Assembly: GCF_006345805.1 (NCBI RefSeq) | Contig: NW_021835838.1 | Span: forward strand, 1-38,121 | From: Octopus sinensis | Taxonomy: Eukaryota | Direction of reading: 5' to 3' | DNA length: 38,121 bases | Shown here: piece by piece, positions 1-11,536 of the stretch | Layout of the letters: each line of letters starts with the position of its first letter | Numbering within the stretch: the first letter of the stretch is position 1 | Translations under genes and position numbers: made by a program | Notes under the pieces: generated by a model | The model's database searches: none | Seen by the model: only the letters and a program-made list of their open reading frames with translations | Told to the model about the DNA's origin: nothing

Positions 1-429
1 CTCTCTCTCTCTCTCTCGCTATCAAAATGTCTTATATCACAGTCACTGTATTCCCATTTTTCTTTTCTTCTTTCTCTTTATCTCTCTCCCCCATATGTTT
101 CATTACTGCTGCTCTAGCACTCTTTCTAATTTTCTTCTCTTTCTTCGCACTTCTCCGCCAAAAGATATTTGCCATTACTACCGCTCTCCTACTACATCCA
201 TTTTCCTCCTCTTCCTCCGCATACCACTTTCTCTCAGCCTATTTTTCTATCCACGCATCGCTATTACTGAGGCACACACTCTCTCTCTCTATCCGCAATA
301 TGTTCCGTTACTGCCTGTGTTTCAACGTAGTTGTTACAGCAGTCATAATACTCACTTTCCTTTCTTCCCATTCCTTTCTCTTGCATCAAACTCAACTAAA
401 CTGTCTAGACGTCTGATGACGTGGAAAAT

Positions 430-1330
430 AAAGTAAAAAATAAGCAGACAGGGTTGCTTAAGTTAAGACTGGCGGTATAAAGAAGGCTGGGGAGTAGTAG
501 ACTAGACGAAACGAGACTAGACTAAACCGCCTGCCTGCCTGCTTTGTCTGGTCGGTTGGGCTTGCTAGTGACATAACACACACTCGTGGCTGACTGACTG
601 GCAAGTTAGCTTGCTGGCTAGCCGGTCATATTAGATAAGAATGGTTGAACGGTCTGCAAAGTTAAAGTAGGATGGCTGGCTCGCTGGTTGGTTATGGTAG
701 ATGATCGAATAGCTCGTTATATTAGATGAGATGGTTGAATAGTTGCAAAGCTAAATCGGATGTCTGGCTGGCCGGCCTGTTATATTATATGACTGGTTTG
801 CTAGTTATATCATAGATGGTTCATTATATTTAGATGGTTGAATATATAAGGTAGTTGGCTGGGAATTTATTTATATTAGCTAGTAGGTCGTATTTGATTG
901 CTAGCTAGATAGCTGATAAGATGCTTGAATGATGTGAAAAGCTAAGTTGGATGGCCTCTTGCTGGTTACAATTATATTAAATGAATCGACGGTTATATAA
1001 GATGGCAAGAGGACAGGTGGCTGGCTATAACAGATACTGAGTTACATTAGGTGGTTGTTTGGATAACTCGCTAGTTGGTTAGTTAGATTGTTATATTAGA
1101 TGGCTGCTAGATTAGTTGTATTAGGTTAATTGATTATATTAGATAAGATGGTTGATGTTCTGCAAAGAATAAGCCGGTTGATGATGGCTGGTAGACTTGT
1201 TGGTGGTTAGAAGCTAGGGGCTAGCTATATGGTTAGCTGGATGGTTGAAAGATTTGCCAACTGGTTGCATGATTAGATACCTAGTTATAATGTTGGCTGA
1301 TTGGCTAGTTAGTTGGTTGGCTCAGTTTTA
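430..1330. repeat. Degenerate low-complexity/minisatellite-like region (GGCT/GCTA/GGTT/TAGA-rich) with a recurring ~50-bp motif
   Basis: Motif resembling ATTAGATAAGATGGTTGAAnnnnTGCAAAGnTAA..GGATGGCTGG recurs at ~630, ~721, ~912 and ~1138 in a strongly G/T-skewed background. Confidence 0.6.
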
Positions 1331-1393
1331 TTACATGACTGCTTGAATGGGTTCCAAGCTGGTTGGATGAATGAAGCGTATCAACAAGAACAG

Positions 1394-1442
<49 letters not shown>

Positions 1443-1835
1443 CGCCACTGCTGCTGCTACTACAGAAATAATATAAAACAAAAATAATAAAGTTCGTAGG
1501 GATGGGGGATAGATAGGGTTGAAGGCGTGTGTAAGAAAATGAATGAGAAAAATTATGGAAAGAGAGATTAATTGAACAAAAGAGACCATGAGAATCATAG
1601 AGTATGCGAGGGTGAGAGACAGAATAGAGAGATAGAGAGATAGGGGAGGAATATCAGTAGCAGCAGCTGTAGTAGTAGTAGTAGTAGTAGTAGCAGCAGC
1701 AGCAGAAGTAGTAGTAGTAGTAGTAGTAGTAGTGTGTGGTGGTGGTGGTAGTAAGTAGTAGTAGTAGTAGTAGTAGCAGCAGCAGCAGCAATAGTAGTAG
1801 TAGTAGTAGTAGTAGTAAGTAGTAGTAGTAGTAGA
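1394..1835. repeat. (CTA)n tract (1394-1440) and (GTA/GCA)n tract (~1655-1835)
   Basis: Directly visible trinucleotide arrays; they generate the poly-Y/T/V/L ORFs 1305..1952 and 1595..1840. Confidence 0.95.
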
Positions 1836-2736
1836 ATCACTTAATGTGATGTGGTAACAAGTGAGCAAAGGAAAGAGCAAAGTAGTGAGAGAGGATAGAC
1901 ACAGGTGTGCTAGAGCGTACTGTGATAGTGGGATACACACACACACACACATATATACCTGTATGTGAGTGTGTTTGAAGAAAGAGAGCAGTGAAGTAGC
2001 GAAAATGAATGAGCTTTAAAATGGCGATGCAATATAGGTGACGGTGGTAATATTTGTAGAGGTGGTAATAAACGGTGCTGGTTACGGTAAATGGCGGTGT
2101 TAGTGACGGTGGTGATGGTAATAATTCTAGTTATGTTGACACTAGGAAGTATTTTTTAATGGTGGTGGATTTTCTTGTAACTACGATTTCAGTATTAGAA
2201 ATTAGTAAAGACGATGTTGGTCATATTTGTACTCGCACTCATGGTCGGGGCGAGTGGTAGCTGTTCTGAGAATGGTAATGATGCTGGGTAATGGCTGCTA
2301 TGATAAAAGTAGTGAAGACATGATATGGAGAGAATAAGAGAGACAAAAAGGAAAACAGGAACAGAAATGCAAAGGACGAAAAGGGGGAGAGAACTATATT
2401 AGCGAGATGAAGAAATAGTATAGACATAAAAAAAAAGGGAAGCGCTGCGGATACAGAGGTAAAGGCAGAATTCTAAAACTTTAAACCAGACTGTACTGGT
2501 AAAATTTTACTTGAGTTTGTGTGTGTGAGTGTATGTGTGCGTGTTTGCGAATGTGTGTGCTTGTGTCTATGTGTATGTATGTATGCGTGCGTGTGCACAT
2601 CTATTTATCTATATATGTGTGTGTGTGTGTGTGTGTGTATACCTTATACGAGTTCACTTAGGCAGAGATACTAATGACCAGTACATATATGTGTGTGTAA
2701 TATATTTCACTTCAAACCCACCACGGAACCTAAATA

Positions 2737-3205
2737 GGATCTTTTCGATTTGAACGGCAGTTTTTAACATAATTTCTAGGTAACTAAAAAATTTTAAACT
2801 TCATATACTGGTAGAATGTGTTTATAAAACATCTTTTTCTCTTGGCTTTATTGAGAAAATTCTATAGTTTGTAAGATATTTGTTGTTTTTTTCTTCAATT
2901 TCTGCAATTTCAACTGATCAATGACATCCATTGAGGTAAAAAACATTCTGTGCCGTATGAATATGTCCCTCGGATCTTTTCGATTTGAACGGCAGTTTTT
3001 AACATAATTTCTAGGTAACTAAAAATTTTAAACTTCATATACTGGTAGAATGTGTTTATAAAACATCTTTTTCTCTTGGCTTTATTGAGAAAATTCTATA
3101 GTTTGTAAGATATTTGTTGTTTTTTTCTTCAATTTCTGCAATTTCAACTGATCAATGACATCCATTGAGGTAAAAAACATTCTGTGCCGTATGAATATGT
3201 CCCTC
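2737..3205. repeat. Direct tandem duplication, 235 bp + 234 bp
   Basis: 2737-2971 and 2972-3205 match by eye except for one A in a homopolymer run. Confidence 0.95.
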
Positions 3206-3266
3206 GTTTAAGAAACAGATTGGGTGTATTTACATTTGTGAAGAAAAAAGATACCCTTCCCCCCAC

Positions 3267-3316
3267 CCCTAGCCCTAACCCTAATCCTAACTAACCCTAA
3301 CTAACCCTAACCCTAA
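3267..3316 (+). repeat. Interstitial telomere-like (CCCTAA)n, degenerate
   Basis: ccctag ccctaa ccctaa tcctaa ctaa ccctaa ctaa ccctaa ccctaa; TTAGGG is the common metazoan telomere repeat. Confidence 0.85.
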
Positions 3317-3417
3317 AGCAGATAGAAATGCAATAGATCGATACTAGGGTCATAATTATGGGTGACAATTTCATATGACACCGCTAGAAAAAACTGCCGT
3401 TCAAACCGAAAAGATCC

Positions 3418-3466
3418 ATATATATATATATATATACCGGGAGAAAGAAAGAAAGAAAGGAAGAAA

Positions 3467-3512
<46 letters not shown>
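3418..3512. repeat. (TA)n followed by (GAAA)n microsatellite
   Basis: Directly visible. Confidence 0.95.
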
Positions 3513-3513
<1 letters not shown>

Positions 3514-4049
3514 TGAGATATCCAAACATTATTCATTGTCGGTGCCGTTGATTGCTGCTTGCATCCAAAACTTTCAATTTCTGTGTTCATATATATGAAA
3601 ATATCAACCGGAAGAAATGCGAAATGGCGTGGATTTGATTACCATGACCTGACTCACACAGTATGGTTTCAGGACCATCTTCGGCTGCTTAGCAATATCA
3701 GAGAATAAATCGCAATGGACGACTGGGAACTTGGTTGTAGTCTTGAATGGCAGGCGCCTTCTTGGCCAGTCTGTCTGGCATAGCTCTCCTCTATTTCAAG
3801 CGTTATTCAGATCAACAAATATTGTTGTCATCTGTTTGCCGTTGGAATCTTGGAGATGTGCAGGTCGTATTTAATCAGCGCTCTCTCCTTCGACCTTATG
3901 CTATGGATGGTCTGAACAGGAGTAATTAGATTCAGGAGTAACAGGCGCACTGACATCCGCATTTTCAGAGTCATTGCATTACGCCAGCCTTTCTCCACGA
4001 CAAAGTATTACCATATGTATGTACACGTGTGTATATTAGCGTGCGTCGC

Positions 4050-4235
4050 CATGTTGGACCACTGAACTCAACACGTTTTTTTTAATTCTCTCTCTCTATT
4101 TATTTCTTTTTTTTCCTTTCTGTCGAAGTGCGTAGGCTTGAAATGCAAAGGACTTTTCCATTTTTCCCGAGCGTCAAACTAATACACTTGCTTGTTGTTC
4201 CTACACCAGTCTTCGTTTTTGTTTTTCTATAAATT
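4050..4235 (+). mobile_element. Penelope-like element terminal repeat (pLTR) fragment, same family as 30200-30417
   Basis: cctttctgtcgaagtgcgtaggcttgaaatgcaaaggacttttcc..cccgagcgtcaaactaatacacttgcttgttgttcctacaccagtcttcg aligns by eye with 30272-30380, which lies downstream of a GIY-YIG coding region. 3600-3930 may be a heavily decayed endonuclease region (ends ..MDGLN, cf. PLE P-x-GLN), but this part is weak. Confidence 0.75.
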
Positions 4236-4279
4236 TGAATTATATTTGTGTGCGTGCGTGTGTGCATGTGTGTGTGTGT

Positions 4280-4317
<38 letters not shown>

Positions 4318-4962
4318 GTATAGCAAACAGAATAAGTAGAACTTAATGCATGACTATATCTTTTTTTTTTTCATTAGCAGAAATTACAAAGCAACTGAAA
4401 TTTCGAGAGTTTCGTGCACGGCAATTGTCAAAATAAATGCCATGCATAAAAATCTCGATTGTTATTATCATCATTATCATTTTCCTAACCCCCAAAATTC
4501 TTCTCAACACATGGCTATGATGCTCCCCCACTACTTCTAATTGTGATCAGAGATGCACATATCGTCAACCACTAAAGGACATACTCAACTGCTTAAAGTC
4601 AAACAACTGACAGGCAAATCTGCGGTATTGAGCAGAATATTTACTGTAGCCTATTTTTTATGTCAAGATAAAACATATATACATTATAACATTTCCAGTT
4701 AGTTAAAATCAGAAGCCAATGGAGCCATTGCCTGGTACAATATCAAGGCATTTATTATTATTATTATTCTATGTTTGACTTTTGCTTTATATTTGTACAA
4801 GTTGGCTCCAAGTCTCACCCAGAGACCTCAAGAGACAACAGGGTTGGAAGTTCATGTTGTTGTTATGCCTAGTGTGCCATATATTTGGGGGGTGGGGGTG
4901 TTGTACTAATGAATGTCTAAAAAATGTTTTTTTTTTTTAAACCGAAAATTATGTTTGTTTTA

Positions 4963-4963
4963 A

Positions 4964-5018
<55 letters not shown>

Positions 5019-5030
5019 TATCATTATCAT

Positions 5031-5062
<32 letters not shown>

Positions 5063-5064
5063 TA

Positions 5065-5098
<34 letters not shown>

Positions 5099-5383
5099 CA
5101 TCATCATCATCATCATTATTATTATTATTATTCATTACTATTGTTATTATCATTATTGTTATCATTATCATTATTATTATATTATTATTATATTATCATT
5201 ATTATTATTATTATTATTATTATATCATTATTATTATTATCATTATTATTATTATATTATTATTATTATTATCATTATTATTATTATTATTATTATTATA
5301 TATTATTATTATTATTATTATTCATTATTATATTATTATTATTATTATTATATTATTATTATTATCATATTATTATTATTATT
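4963..5383. repeat. Long (ATT/ATC)n trinucleotide array
   Basis: Directly visible; source of ORFs 4924..5514 and 5141..5389. Confidence 0.95.
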
Positions 5384-5590
5384 CAGTAGTCTTATTTTTA
5401 TCACGTGCTTTCACCGCACTACCGAGCGCAGCTCTGTATGCCTTGGGTATGTGCTGTGGTTTGTTATGGTGCTCTTATTTTCACTGTATTGAAAGTGTTT
5501 TACGTAGGATGTGAGCGGTGTCTAGTAGTGCTATTTTCTGCGTTATATATACTGGTGTTTTTGTTATGTATTTGTCTGAATGTCTTTTAT
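5384..5590 (-). mobile_element. 3' end of an R4/Dong-type restriction-like-endonuclease non-LTR retrotransposon
   Basis: Minus strand reads ..SDKYITKTP..QKIALLDTAHILRKTLSIQ* (stop at 5481-5483), the typical C-terminus of R4/Dong ORFs, then a ~95-bp 3'UTR running into (AAT)n. Confidence 0.8.
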
Positions 5591-6650
5591 TAACATAATA
5601 ATTTGAATTTTTATTTATTCAAGCATCTGTTACTTGCATAACAGTTGCGCAATCTTTTCTCTGCGTCCACCGTTTCTGTTTGATATTGTCTATTGAACCT
5701 AGACTTTTAACTTGTAAGTGAGGATAGGGTAGTTAGTCTACTTTTGAACGGTCAATAGACCGTTCGAATGCAGGCTAACCCCTCTCTTGTAAGAAGCTAT
5801 TGAGTAACTGTTAGGTCAAGCTTAGTGTTTACAAGCATTATGGACCTTTGCTATTCATAAGTCTAGTTTAGTTGATATTCTGTTATAGGAAACGTATTTA
5901 CAAACACGTTTCTCTGTTTCTCATCCCTTCCCATTCCATATATGCATATGTTCCTTTTGTCTTAAAATAAAAGATGGATATTCGACTGAGAAACAAATCT
6001 CAGACGTTGTATTTTAAGCAGCAATTAAGAACAGAAACAATAAGAAACGGAAACAACATTGATATTGTTTCGTTCAATAGTTGACATTTCACAATTATCG
6101 TATTCATATTATGACAGAAAAATAATTCTTTATAACTCAACTCATAAATGCCTTGAGTATACTGTTTCGCAAGTATTACTTTACAGGAATGTAATACAAG
6201 CAAATCCAAAGACGTTGTATTTGGTTAAGCAAATATGTTAATAACAATGATTTATCACAATGGCAAAATGCAGTAAATGTTTGGAGTGAGAAGACATAAC
6301 ATGATAGCAAATCGTTGGAAATGATCGATCAACGGTATGGGCAAGATACTTATCCATATGTTTAAAATCTTCAATAGAAACCATAATCCGAGTGTATCAT
6401 CTTTAGATATCGAAACATTTGCCAATAAATGATTTTAATAGATATGTTTATACTTTCTATTGTTTACAACACATTAATGCATATTAGGCCATTCCTCTCG
6501 TAGATAATCATCTGTTGAGGAAAAATCTTAAATGACCAATATGCTTTGTATTGGAACGTGCCAATGAATTCTACATTCTTAGTATCGATGATGCATATGT
6601 GTATGTTTGTGTGCGTGTGGTGTATATAGATATACCATATATATATATAT

Positions 6651-6760
6651 CACGTGACCGACCAGGCTATCAGATGGTTCCACACATCGCTGGTCACAAT
6701 GCGCTTCGCATTGTTTTAGCCTTCAAATGACGCCACCCCACTGGCTAAGCGAGCAGGCCA
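6651..6760 (-). mobile_element. ~110-bp SINE 3' module (family D) embedded in (TA)n
   Basis: Near-identical to 20089-20205 and to the reverse complement of 14912-15004. Confidence 0.85.
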
Positions 6761-6832
6761 TATATATATATATATATATATTAGTATATTATATATATAT
6801 ATATATAATTATATATATCTATATATATTATA

Positions 6833-6878
<46 letters not shown>

Positions 6879-7513
6879 ATATATATATATATATATATAG
6901 TATATATACATAACTATATGTATGGTATATATATATATATATATAAATCATTTCTGTATGATAAAGGTAAATCTTTCTGCCCCGCTTTGTAACGATGAAT
7001 GTATTTCATTCTGTTCTAAGAGAATCCTCTTGTAAACATGTTTAAAGAACGCGTTTGTCGTTGCAAACATTGGTAAAAACATACCTTTAGTTCCTATAAG
7101 TGATTTCTACCATTCTATAAAATTCGACCTTTAACTGTATTCTTACATTTCACTTCTACTAAATATATCTACTTCCAAGCCTTTAAGCTTTATTCCTGTT
7201 CACCTATCGCTCTATATCTCTCTACTATTCGTTTTTTGCTCATTTCTTTCTTTCTACTCCTTCTCTTTCTATAAACTGCTTTTGATGTTATATCAACGGT
7301 TTAAAAAAAAAACTTGCTAGCATTCCTTTCATCATATACGCAGTCATCACATTCTCTTAAAAATATCTTACTGATGTGTTTGGTTTCTTTCTTTTCCTGA
7401 TGAGAAGATTGCATTGTGCTACATCATTTTACTCCTTCTGGAATAATACCAATGTTTTCGTCGAAACATATGTCGGAAGTAAAAAGATTTGAATAACACC
7501 TGCGTTTAACTGC

Positions 7514-7555
<42 letters not shown>

Positions 7556-7831
7556 TATATATGGTATATGTATAAGTTATATATATAGATTGATATATAT
7601 ATGGTGTATATCTATACGGATATATATACACATATATATGGTATATATATATATATATATATAGATATATATACAAATCAGAAAATGGAGAAATACATCT
7701 AAATCATTAATCAACTACCAGATAATACCCAATCACATACTTTATTGAACCACTACATAAGAACATTAAGGTTAAACATAAAAATATATAACAAAACAGC
7801 GTACATGAATGAGTAATACATATATATATAT

Positions 7832-7990
7832 AAAGTTAATCCAAACATGAAAACACAAAGAGAAAACACAACAACGCGAGGACGTGGAACAAATATAGTA
7901 TTATTGGAACTCTTCGTCAGAAACATAGTAAAAGGAAAGATCCAGAGAAGGGAAGACGGAGGAAAAAAATCGCCAACAGTACACACACGG
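7832..7990 (-). mobile_element. Probable Penelope-like terminal repeat fragment (second family), internally deleted
   Basis: Minus strand carries ttctgacgaagag (CTGAnGA-like motif as in the other pLTRs), a pyrimidine-rich leader, and a T/G-rich tail ending in (TA)n; family assignment is from recall. Confidence 0.55.
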
Positions 7991-9076
7991 TCGTTTTATC
8001 GTCGTCTCCTTTATACCAGGAAACAAGAGGCAAGCATAGACATTTTAAGCGAAAAAGAACTTAAGAGTCATTTATGCATTGTATTCAATTATGCCTATTC
8101 TCCTAGAAATTGAATTTTTATATTTTTATTATTCTAGCTCTAGAGCTTTAACCGCAGTATTTTATCACCAGCAACATTTTTTACTTGATATTTGAAAGAA
8201 GTTTAGTGACGCTGCCCTTATATGTATAACTCGTTATATGGTCAAGGCTTTGTCGAACGAATGTTTTAATAAAAAGTGGGTAAAAGTGGCAAAAATGGTC
8301 AGTATGAAAGACAACACTATTTTAAGCGTAAATCTGTGACCAAAAGAGACAACGAGAGGTAAGGCGACTTATGTGTTCATTTTCGAACTGTCTGAGGTGA
8401 CCTTGGTCTTTTTTGTAGGTTTTTCTTTCCAGGGCTACAACTAAACTGTGAACTTTATTTATATATATATATTATATTTTTATACACCACACAACCCACA
8501 GATCCCTCTTGATCGAACGTTTCTTTTTCTTTGTGTCCCACCCATCCCACCTCGAAAGGAAAAACTCTACATTGTATTTCGTCCATTTTTATTCTGTGTT
8601 TAGCCCTGTGTGGCCACAATAAAAAGTTATATGGTCATCTTGGATTATACATAGTATACTGTCCGAACCTTGCTTGAATCTGGCGTTATCTACTCCATGC
8701 ATATATGTTGGGGCATATTGGAGAACGGAATATAGTACTCACTCGGGATGGAGAAGGAAGAATACTAGACATAGTGAAGTAGTGTTTACTTTGGGAATTT
8801 GCATAACACACAATACGGTAGCGGGAGTTTTTTTTTTTCTTTCCAGATAAATACGACTCATTCACATGCATCCACTTGCACACACAGGTATGCATATTTA
8901 TGTACATTCACACATAGACACACTCAGTTTAAACTGTTACTTCGTTTCAGCACCTGGTTTAGCTTCCTGGTTTGACTCATTTCAAATGTTGCACATGCAC
9001 AAATACAACAGGTGGGTAATTTGGACAGAATAACGAATCTGAGAATTTAACATTTTTTTAAGGAATATATATGCAT

Positions 9077-9077
<1 letters not shown>

Positions 9078-9127
<50 letters not shown>

Positions 9128-9179
9128 ACACACACAACACACAAACATACACATACATACAGATAGAGAGGGGAAGGGG

Positions 9180-9241
<62 letters not shown>

Positions 9242-9273
9242 AAGATAGATGGATGGATAGATAGATAGATAGT

Positions 9274-9325
<52 letters not shown>

Positions 9326-9326
9326 C

Positions 9327-9369
<43 letters not shown>

Positions 9370-9395
9370 ATATAGATAGATAGATAGATAGATAT

Positions 9396-9444
<49 letters not shown>

Positions 9445-9480
9445 AGATAGATGACAGATAGATAGATAGATAGTTTAGAT

Positions 9481-9523
<43 letters not shown>

Positions 9524-9542
9524 TATAGATAGATATAGATAG

Positions 9543-9593
<51 letters not shown>

Positions 9594-9637
9594 GATAGAT
9601 AGATAGAAAGATAGATGGATGGATAGAAGATAGATAG

Positions 9638-9684
<47 letters not shown>

Positions 9685-9735
9685 GATAGATAGATAGATA
9701 GATAGATAGAAAGATAGATAGATAGATAGATAGAT
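9078..9735. repeat. (CA)n followed by a ~550-bp compound (GATA/GACA)n array
   Basis: Directly visible; source of the YLSI-repeat ORFs 9047..9754 and 9273..9740. Confidence 0.95.
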
Positions 9736-10039
9736 GACACACGCTCACATACATATAATTAAAGAAGTTAAAATCTGTACCGAACCAACAAATTCATTTG
9801 GTTGGAATCTATTCAGGTCTCCGGCGTAATCTTGGATTGGGTGGCGCACTTCGTTTCATGTTATTCCATTATACTCAGCTCAAACGTGTACCAGCATTAG
9901 TTCGGGGATAACATTGCATTAGACTAGCGCTCCATCCAGCAGATATGAAAAGTAAAGCGATGGACAGATAGACTCTTAAACGTGTACAAATTCTTATAAA
10001 TATATGCGTGTTTGAGTGCATATGGCTGCGCATATGTAT

Positions 10040-10349
10040 GTGTGTCTGTACATGTGCGTATGTATGTATGTATGTATGTATGTATTTATGTATGTATGTA
10101 TGTATTATGTATGTATGTATACAGATTATACTTCGTAAGGTTAAGTAATTAAACAGCTTTTCAATTCGCCATAACTGATCGCCTGCAGCGATGTATTCGC
10201 CTTAAGATAATAAGCCTGTTTAATGGATTTGAAAATATAAAAAAAGTAACCTAGAAAGTCAGTCTATATAAACAACACAAATTAAACGATCAGGAAAGCA
10301 ATTCAGCCCGTATACGTATATCTGTATCTATCTATCTGTCTATCTATCT

Positions 10350-10425
<76 letters not shown>

Positions 10426-10461
10426 ACTAACTATCTCTCTTCTCTCTTCTCTCTCTCTCTC

Positions 10462-10540
<79 letters not shown>

Positions 10541-10695
10541 TATACTATATATATATATAGATATATATATATATATATATATAATATATAGATATATATA
10601 TATATGTATGTACGCGTGTGTGTGTAAGCAAGTGTGTGTCTTTATATATATACACACACACACATACATACATCATATACAATCTACACATAAAC

Positions 10696-10735
<40 letters not shown>

Positions 10736-10760
10736 CCTCTCTGTCTCTGTCTCTCCCTCT
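10040..10760. repeat. Microsatellite cluster: (TATG)n, (CTAT)n, (CT)n, (TA)n, (CTGT)n
   Basis: Directly visible. Confidence 0.95.
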
Positions 10761-11191
10761 CTCGTTCTCCCGTTTAAATTGCTCACGAAATTTCTCTTCG
10801 TGTGCACGATCGAAAAGCAGAGAGAGATTCTTGTAAAGAAGTGTCCTGTAGCTTTGAGTCGGTTGATCTGTAACCAGAATTTGCCCCAGCAGTTTGACAA
10901 AAGCGAAAATTTTCTGTTCTTTAAGTTTGCTGATCTATCTTTTTTTGTGATTCGCAAAACAAAATGTAATCGTGTAGAGAGTGGGGGTGAGTGAAAGAGT
11001 GAGAGAGAGAGAGAGAACAAAATTCTACGGGCTGCTAGCAGATACTAAGAAATACTCACTTGGTGACAAACGCCGATTTGATCCCAGAGAATAGGGTTGG
11101 ACAGTCAGTTTTCTTCTGTCTGGAGAAAATCTCTACATTCTACGAACTAGTTATACCAGGGTATATTTCCATAAATTTAAGGATGATGTTA

Positions 11192-11294
11192 ATATTGGTT
11201 TCAAACTTTGGCACAAGGACAGCAAGTTCAGGGGAGGGGGGCTAGTTGATTACATCGATCCCAGTACTCAGCTGGTACTTTCATCGACCCCGAG
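11192..11294 (-). mobile_element. SINE family B, 3' fragment
   Basis: Reverse complement of the ggggtcgat..aagtaccag..ctgggatcgatgtaatc core seen at 15600-15650, plus the ..ccttgtgccaaagtttgaaacc tail shared with 11685-11715. Confidence 0.75.
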
Positions 11295-11347
11295 TATTTT
11301 TCCCGGCGTGCTAATAATTCTGCCGGCTTGCCGCTGTATTTCATGTT

Positions 11348-11517
11348 AATATTGCTTAAAAAATTTGGCACAAGGCTAGTAATTTCAGGGAGTGGGTAAG
11401 TCGATGTCATCGACTCCAGTACTCAACTACTTTTATTTTATCGACCCCGGAAGGATGAAAGGAAAAGTTGACCTAGGCGGAATTTTAAATCAGAACCTAA
11501 AACAGACGAAATGCCGC
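11348..11517 (-). mobile_element. SINE family B, near-complete, diverged
   Basis: atcgaccccggaaggatgaaaggaaaagttgacctaggcggaattttaaatcagaac is the reverse complement of the B-box/core at 15555-15610. Confidence 0.8.
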
Positions 11518-11536
11518 TATTGCATGTTAATATCCC

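Larger units (their letters stand above)
2737..3417. mobile_element. Non-autonomous TIR DNA element (MITE) with duplicated left arm and internal telomere-like repeats
   Basis: GGATCTTTTCGATTTGAACGGCAGTTTTT at 2737 and 2972 is the reverse complement (1 mismatch in 29 nt) of AAAAACTGCCGTTCAAACCGAAAAGATCC at 3389-3417; the right end abuts (TA)n; no ORF. Confidence 0.85.

Noticed and set aside
27-436. 129-aa and 113-aa hydrophobic ORFs
   Set aside because: Arise from a CT-rich low-complexity tract; no motif or splice support.
1305-1952. 215-aa ORF with poly-T/Y/V runs
   Set aside because: Translation of (CTA)n/(GTA)n microsatellites.
3267-3316. True telomere or chromosome-fusion scar
   Set aside because: Only ~8 degenerate units and internal to a TIR-bounded element.
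3740-3800. Minus-strand DRLAKKA resembling a LINE RNase H motif
   Set aside because: Single short motif without the other RNase H residues; position next to a pLTR fits a decayed Penelope region better.
4510-4660. Segment that looks like a common octopus interspersed repeat
   Set aside because: Recall only; single copy in this window and no diagnostic structure.
4924-5514. 196-aa membrane-like ORF
   Set aside because: (ATT/ATC)n translation running into the antisense of a LINE 3' end.
9047-9754. 235-aa YLSI-repeat ORF
   Set aside because: (GATA)n translation.
9780-9960. GC-richer island with several short open frames on both strands
   Set aside because: No frame combines good splice sites with a recognisable peptide; cannot choose among alternatives.
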